From positions 416,001-480,000 of the forward strand of contig CBDBHE010000007.1 of the NCBI GenBank assembly GCA_965205605.1: a stretch of DNA of 64,000 nucleotides, given 5' to 3'. This document shows positions 59,527-64,000 of the stretch, piece by piece. Below the pieces are notes generated by a model, which was not told the origin of the DNA, made no database searches, and was given only the letters and a program-made list of their open reading frames with translations. The translations under genes and the position numbers were made by a program. This stretch comes from Spirochaetota bacterium. GTDB taxonomy: Bacteria; Spirochaetota; UBA12135; COTS27; CBDBHE01. The first letter of the stretch is position 1, and each line of letters starts with the position of its first letter.

Positions 59527-60744
59527 ATGATTATTAGAAATAACACCATTTTTTTCCATTGGCTAAGTATTTTAGACAAGAGATTTTTCATGTCTTTGAA
59601 GGCAATTATTTTAATTAAATTGGTATTAAAGCATACTTGCTTTTTTATTTTTAAAATTATTTTTTTAATTTATAAATTTACACTCAAATATAGATCACCT
59701 TCTCATTATAAAAAGATCACTCACGTTTATGTCATCTTGCCACCACCATTAGGTATTGGTGATCTCATTATGTTGTCGCCTTTGTTAGTTTACTTAAAAA
59801 AAAGCCTTGGTTTAGAAGTGACTTTGTTTACAAATTATACGCCACTTTTTTTAAAGCAAGAAATTAATTGGCTTTCATTTAAAGAGAAAGAGAGCTTTAA
59901 TAAGAAGAATTCTCTCATAATAGCCCCTTCCTTCACCATGAGAAATGTTTTTTATAGCCATAAAGCTAAATACTTTTTGGGTTATTTTTTTTTTCCGTCG
60001 GTTAGTTCCAATTTAAAATGCTTTAGGGAAAGCGTTCTTTCAAGTAAGGGTTATAATACAAAATTAGAACATTATTTTCATCGCACGAAGAGAATCATCA
60101 CTTACTTAGAAGCTATTTATAAAAAACCTTTTAAATTAACTTACCCTAAGCTTGAAGCAAGTCTTAAATTGAGTAAGTCTACTAGAAAAAAACTTTGTGT
60201 CGTTCATTCTTTTCCTAAGCCTCTGAAGCCTTATATTGTGATAGCGCCTTATTCTAATTGGATCGAAAGGCAGTACGGTGCTTATGAAGAAGTGATTCGA
60301 TCATTATTCAAAAAATATCGAGTACTTGTTATTGGGAGTGATAATTCTTTAGAAGTTCAATTTAATAAATCTTTATTAAGTCCCTTTTCACAAGAAAAAA
60401 ATTGTTACAACTTAACAGGTAAGCTCAATTTAAATGAAGTGATTTATCTTATGAATGAATGTCATTTATTTTTAGGCAATGATTCGGGACCGGCACACTT
60501 AGCATTTTTATCGGCAAAAAAAACTATCGTGATTTTTGGCTCTGTTTTGGCAAAGACAAGGTTGCCTTTACTTAAACAATACCAAAATAAGATAAATGTG
60601 TTTAGCAAAGAGAGTGAGTGTTGCTTTTATCCTTGTTATGACGGATTTCAAAAGCCAACTTGTAGACAAAAAAAACATAAGCAATTAATATGCCTTAAAG
60701 CTATTGAAGCAAAGGAAATTTTAAAAGCTTGTTTCTCTATTTAA
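59527..60744 (+). CDS. GT9 glycosyltransferase (heptosyltransferase-like)
   Basis: LGIGDLIM.SPLL, NLTGKLNL, FLGNDSGPAHLA, C-terminal C..PC..C motif. Confidence 0.85.
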   Translation: MIIRNNTIFFHWLSILDKRFFMSLKAIILIKLVLKHTCFFIFKIIFLIYKFTLKYRSPSHYKKITHVYVILPPPLGIGDLIMLSPLLVYLKKSLGLEVTLFTNYTPLFLKQEINWLSFKEKESFNKKNSLIIAPSFTMRNVFYSHKAKYFLGYFFFPSVSSNLKCFRESVLSSKGYNTKLEHYFHRTKRIITYLEAIYKKPFKLTYPKLEASLKLSKSTRKKLCVVHSFPKPLKPYIVIAPYSNWIERQYGAYEEVIRSLFKKYRVLVIGSDNSLEVQFNKSLLSPFSQEKNCYNLTGKLNLNEVIYLMNECHLFLGNDSGPAHLAFLSAKKTIVIFGSVLAKTRLPLLKQYQNKINVFSKESECCFYPCYDGFQKPTCRQKKHKQLICLKAIEAKEILKACFSI

Positions 60745-60909
60745 AAATAGTAGAAAATTAAGCTTTTAAGTTTAAAATTTTAAAACAGATCAGCTTATCT
60801 TAATAGAAGAGTTTTTCTTTAATAACCTTGTTGATGTTTTAAGTCTTAATCGTCTTAAGTGACGTCTTTCATCAATATTTTATCAGCAACAACAAGGCCA
60901 TTGTAAAGC

Positions 60910-61072
60910 CTAAGTAAATTTCAGCATCTCTGTTGAGTCAACGTTCTTTTTTTTGAAGGTATAGGGGAAATTTTCTTTTATTAAAGCTAATAAAACACAT
61001 AAAGGATATCGAGCAAGGCCTGTATAAATAGTAAATAGATTTTATGTGACGGGCATCGTAAATAATTTGCAT
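60910..61072 (-). pseudogene. GT4 glycosyltransferase N-terminal remnant
   Basis: Removing one copy of the 7-bp duplication TAAATAG (61025-61038) gives MQIIYDARHIKSIYTGLARYPLCVLLAL, matching the GT4 start I.DAR.....TG.GRY. Confidence 0.6.
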
Positions 61073-61838
61073 CAATGATTAGGACCTCGGAGTTTTTTTT
61101 CTTTTAATGCTGAATAAGATCGTTAAAATAAAATTAGCATCAGCGAACATCATAAAAAAAGCTGAGAATAAATAAATATGTTGAGGAATTTTATTATCAA
61201 TTTCTTTAATTTCTTGTAATTGATAAAAATATTTATCTCCTTTAAGTCTGATCACGGCTTAGTGTAAGGCATCTACAAATAATAGTAAAAAAAGCCATTA
61301 TATATAGGATTATATTATTTTCATTTTCTAATTTCTCTGAATTTTTTTTAACTTGAAAAATTAATGATGACGTGTTTTTCAAAAAAATTTCATTTAAAAA
61401 ATTTATTTTTTACTATCGATGATTTTTTTTTTAGATAATATATAAATTTTTTTCCACTCAAAAAAAAAACTTAAAAGAAATATATATTAATCTTTATGAA
61501 GAAATTGATTGAATAATATATTATTTTTTTAAAAAAATAATGAAGAAAGGAAAAAAGATTTTTCTTTTGCTTTTTTGATTAGAAAAGCAAACTAATTTTT
61601 TTGAATTTAAAGAAGTTAATTTTAAAATCAGTCGTTTGAATTTAGAAAAAAACCATTAGGCAAATTTAAAAAAAAGCTCATAGATATCAATTATTATTTT
61701 ATTAGTTGGTTACAAGAAAATAGTTTTTTTGTTGATTTTTTTTTTAAAAGATTAAATCTTTTTAAATCGTGAAAAAAGCACCAGGTTTTCTTTAAAAAAA
61801 AGAATCATCTTATTAAAACAGCCTTATAATCTTTATTT

Positions 61839-62176
61839 TGGAGATGGCGGGAGTCGAACCCGCGTCCAATAAGTGGTCCAATAATGTTCTACATGTTTAG
61901 TCTCTTATTTTAATTTAAACCCTTTGTTTGATAAGAGACAAAAAAAACAAAGAGTCGAGTTTTCTTTTTTTAAGCCCGTTGCTGAAAACAATTCAACGAA
62001 CCGATCCACACAAGAGTTATAACAAAAACATCACAACAGTGTCCTTTATAATGTTTCCGCGTAGCTATTAAATTAAGCTGCGAGCGCTAGATTTTCGTCT
62101 GCACTTATTGCGTTTTGCGTGTCGCAACGGCATGCTAATTATTTTTCCTTCTTACTGTCGAAGCCATTACATCCCC
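61839..62176 (-). ncRNA. ssrA: tmRNA, tag peptide (A)ADENLALAA
   Basis: 5' GGGGATGTAATGGCTTCGAC; 3' GGACGCGGGTTCGACTCCCGCCATCTCCA; tag ORF 62102-62073 after TAAGT. Confidence 0.95.
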
Positions 62177-62192
62177 TTTTTTTTAAAAATAA

Positions 62193-62235
62193 ATTTTAAA
62201 TAGAAATTTGACAAATGTCAATTTTTTTCTATAAG
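62193..62235. promoter_or_regulatory. Overlapping divergent promoters / FNR-like palindrome
   Basis: AAATTTGACAAATGTCAATTTT (62204-62225); minus strand TTGACA-17-TAAAAT for ssrA; plus strand TTGACA-16-TATAAG for the sigma gene. Confidence 0.6.
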
Positions 62236-62340
62236 TATTTTACATCATTAAGCAAATTTTTATCTTTGTTTAATGATTGATAATTTATAAAAATAAAACG
62301 ATAAATACAGAACAGCAGTAAAGGCAATAGGAAAATTAGA

Positions 62341-63279
62341 ATGAGAAAAGCACAATTAAGAGAGAAGACTTTTGTTGATATTTATTTCAATGATATTTTT
62401 CAAATCCCTCTTCTTTCTAGAGAAGAAGAGATTTTTTTAGCTAAAAAATATACAGGTTATAAAATTAAAGAAAAAACTTTAAAAGAAAGGAAATCGAAGG
62501 GTGAAAATATTCTTGATTATTCTGAAAAAATAAATTATTTTGTTTTAAAACAAGAAAACTATAAAAATCAAATGATTCAAGGGAATTATCGTTTGGTTGT
62601 TAGTATTGCAAAATGTTATCGGACTCAACATTTTCATTTATCAGATTTGATTGATGAAGGTAATTTAGGGTTAATTAAAGCTGTTGAAAAATTTGACCAT
62701 CGAAAAGGGTTTCGTTTTTCTACTTTTGCTATTAGATGGATTAAGCAACATATTACCAAAGCGATTATTGATAAAGGTAGAATGATACGCATACCTGTTC
62801 ATCTTGATAAATTGATTACAAAATATAAGAAAGTTACTTCCAGATATCAAAAAATATATGGAGAATCTCCTTCTAAAGAATATCTTGAAAAAGCACTCGA
62901 TGTTCCTTATGAAAAAATTGAATCTGCTTTAGCGCTTCCGGGTAAAACCTCTTCTCTTGATGTCAAAATTTTTGAAACAGGCAAAGAAATTAGTGAACTC
63001 ATCGTTGATAAAGAAGATCGCTATAATCCTCATGAAGAAACAAGTAAGGTTATTTTGAAAGAAACTTTAGATAAGATTTTATCTTCTTTAGAGGAAAAAG
63101 AAAGAATGGTTTTAAAGATGCGTTATGGTTTTGATGGCAATGAAAGAATGACTTTAGATAAAATTGGGAAAAAACTCGGTATTACAAGAGAACGAGTAAG
63201 GCAAATTCAATCAACGGTTCTTAAAAAAATGCGTAATTTAAAAGCTTGTAGTAATTTAAAAGTTTTTCTTACTCACTAA
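62341..63279 (+). CDS. Sigma70-family (RpoD/RpoS-like) alternative sigma factor lacking region 1.1
   Basis: PLLSREEE, NYRLVVSIAK, DLIDEGNLGLIKAVEKFD, RMIRIPVH, TRERVRQI. Confidence 0.92.
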   Translation: MRKAQLREKTFVDIYFNDIFQIPLLSREEEIFLAKKYTGYKIKEKTLKERKSKGENILDYSEKINYFVLKQENYKNQMIQGNYRLVVSIAKCYRTQHFHLSDLIDEGNLGLIKAVEKFDHRKGFRFSTFAIRWIKQHITKAIIDKGRMIRIPVHLDKLITKYKKVTSRYQKIYGESPSKEYLEKALDVPYEKIESALALPGKTSSLDVKIFETGKEISELIVDKEDRYNPHEETSKVILKETLDKILSSLEEKERMVLKMRYGFDGNERMTLDKIGKKLGITRERVRQIQSTVLKKMRNLKACSNLKVFLTH

Positions 63280-63312
63280 AGATGTGCTTTCATTAAGTCG
63301 ATATTTAGTAAC

Positions 63313-64000
63313 GTGGGAGTTACTCGTATTTTTAAAAAACTCGATGTTAATGTTAATTTAAAAAATATTGATATTTGTAATCCTGATAGGATTGAACTAA
63401 ATACTTCTCTTTCTATTAAAAAAAATCATTTTTTTAAAAAACCTTCTTCCAAATTAAAAACTTTTGATTTTTCAGGTTATACGGCTTATCCAGGTTTACT
63501 TAATGCTCATGATCATCTTTTAGGGACTTACTTACCTAAAGTAGGTAATGGTCCTTATCTTAATTGGAAACCTTGGGATGAAGATTTAAAAGCTTCTAGT
63601 TTATATAAAGAGCGTTCTCGAATTTCTAAAAAAGATCTTTATCTTTTAGGTTCTTATCGTCAAATTCTCTCGGGGGTTACGACGGTCAGTGATCATATTC
63701 CTCACCGTGTTCATTTAGATGTTCTTGACGAATGTCATGTACGTGTAGTAAAAGATTTTTCTTTAAGTCATGAGGCTTCTTCTTACGACTTAAATTGGGG
63801 AGATGGATTAAAAAAAGAAATTAAAAAATCTAGAAAAAAGCATCTTCCTTATATTTGTCATCTTGAAGAAGGGTATGATGGAGAAGCTAAAGAAGGCACT
63901 AATATTTTAGAAAGTTATGGAGGCTTATCGATGTTTAGTGTGTTGATTCACTGTATTTCTTGTGATCAAAAAGATATAGACTTAATGGCAAAAAGAAAGG
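63313..64000 (+). CDS. Amidohydrolase-family protein, 5' part (runs off window end; start uncertain)
   Basis: Open frame with YPGLLNAHDHL, SGVTTV.DH, HLEEG, LIHC. Confidence 0.85.
   Translation, partial: MGVTRIFKKLDVNVNLKNIDICNPDRIELNTSLSIKKNHFFKKPSSKLKTFDFSGYTAYPGLLNAHDHLLGTYLPKVGNGPYLNWKPWDEDLKASSLYKERSRISKKDLYLLGSYRQILSGVTTVSDHIPHRVHLDVLDECHVRVVKDFSLSHEASSYDLNWGDGLKKEIKKSRKKHLPYICHLEEGYDGEAKEGTNILESYGGLSMFSVLIHCISCDQKDIDLMAKRK

Noticed and set aside
1-64000. CRISPR arrays, IS elements, prophage genes, and apparent over-representation of ATCGAT/GATC
   Set aside because: No repeat-spacer arrays or transposase, integrase or phage motifs seen; ATCGAT is largely explained by Ile-Asp codons, and enrichment cannot be judged without counting

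Overview
AT-rich bacterial chromosome segment, most likely from a spirochaete (two tandem FlaA flagellar-sheath genes, class I LysRS, spirochaete-type RpoZ), with LPS-related genes and the oxygen-dependent hemF. It spans the start of the str operon, housekeeping genes (gmk-rpoZ-miaA, yajC-secDF), a nitrogen cluster (gltBD, amtB-glnK, LIV-type ABC transporter plus a paaK-like ligase), a partner-switching signalling module, and the origin-type gene block (dnaA | rpmH-rnpA-yidC-jag-mnmE-mnmG-rsmG-parA-parB). It also holds tRNA-Pro(GGG), tmRNA and a perfect parS. I saw no CRISPR, prophage or transposase. The most notable points: (1) DnaA has lost the DnaA-box-reading residues of domain IV, dnaN is not adjacent, I see no canonical DnaA boxes around dnaA, and the strong G/C skew flips near the parS site instead; (2) shorter skew reversals occur inside genes; (3) several proteins lack catalytic or phospho-acceptor residues; (4) two decayed GT4 glycosyltransferase remnants flank a GT9 gene downstream of tmRNA; (5) there are regulatory palindromes at amtB and between tmRNA and a sigma factor gene. 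All calls are by eye and motif recall; no database searches were run.
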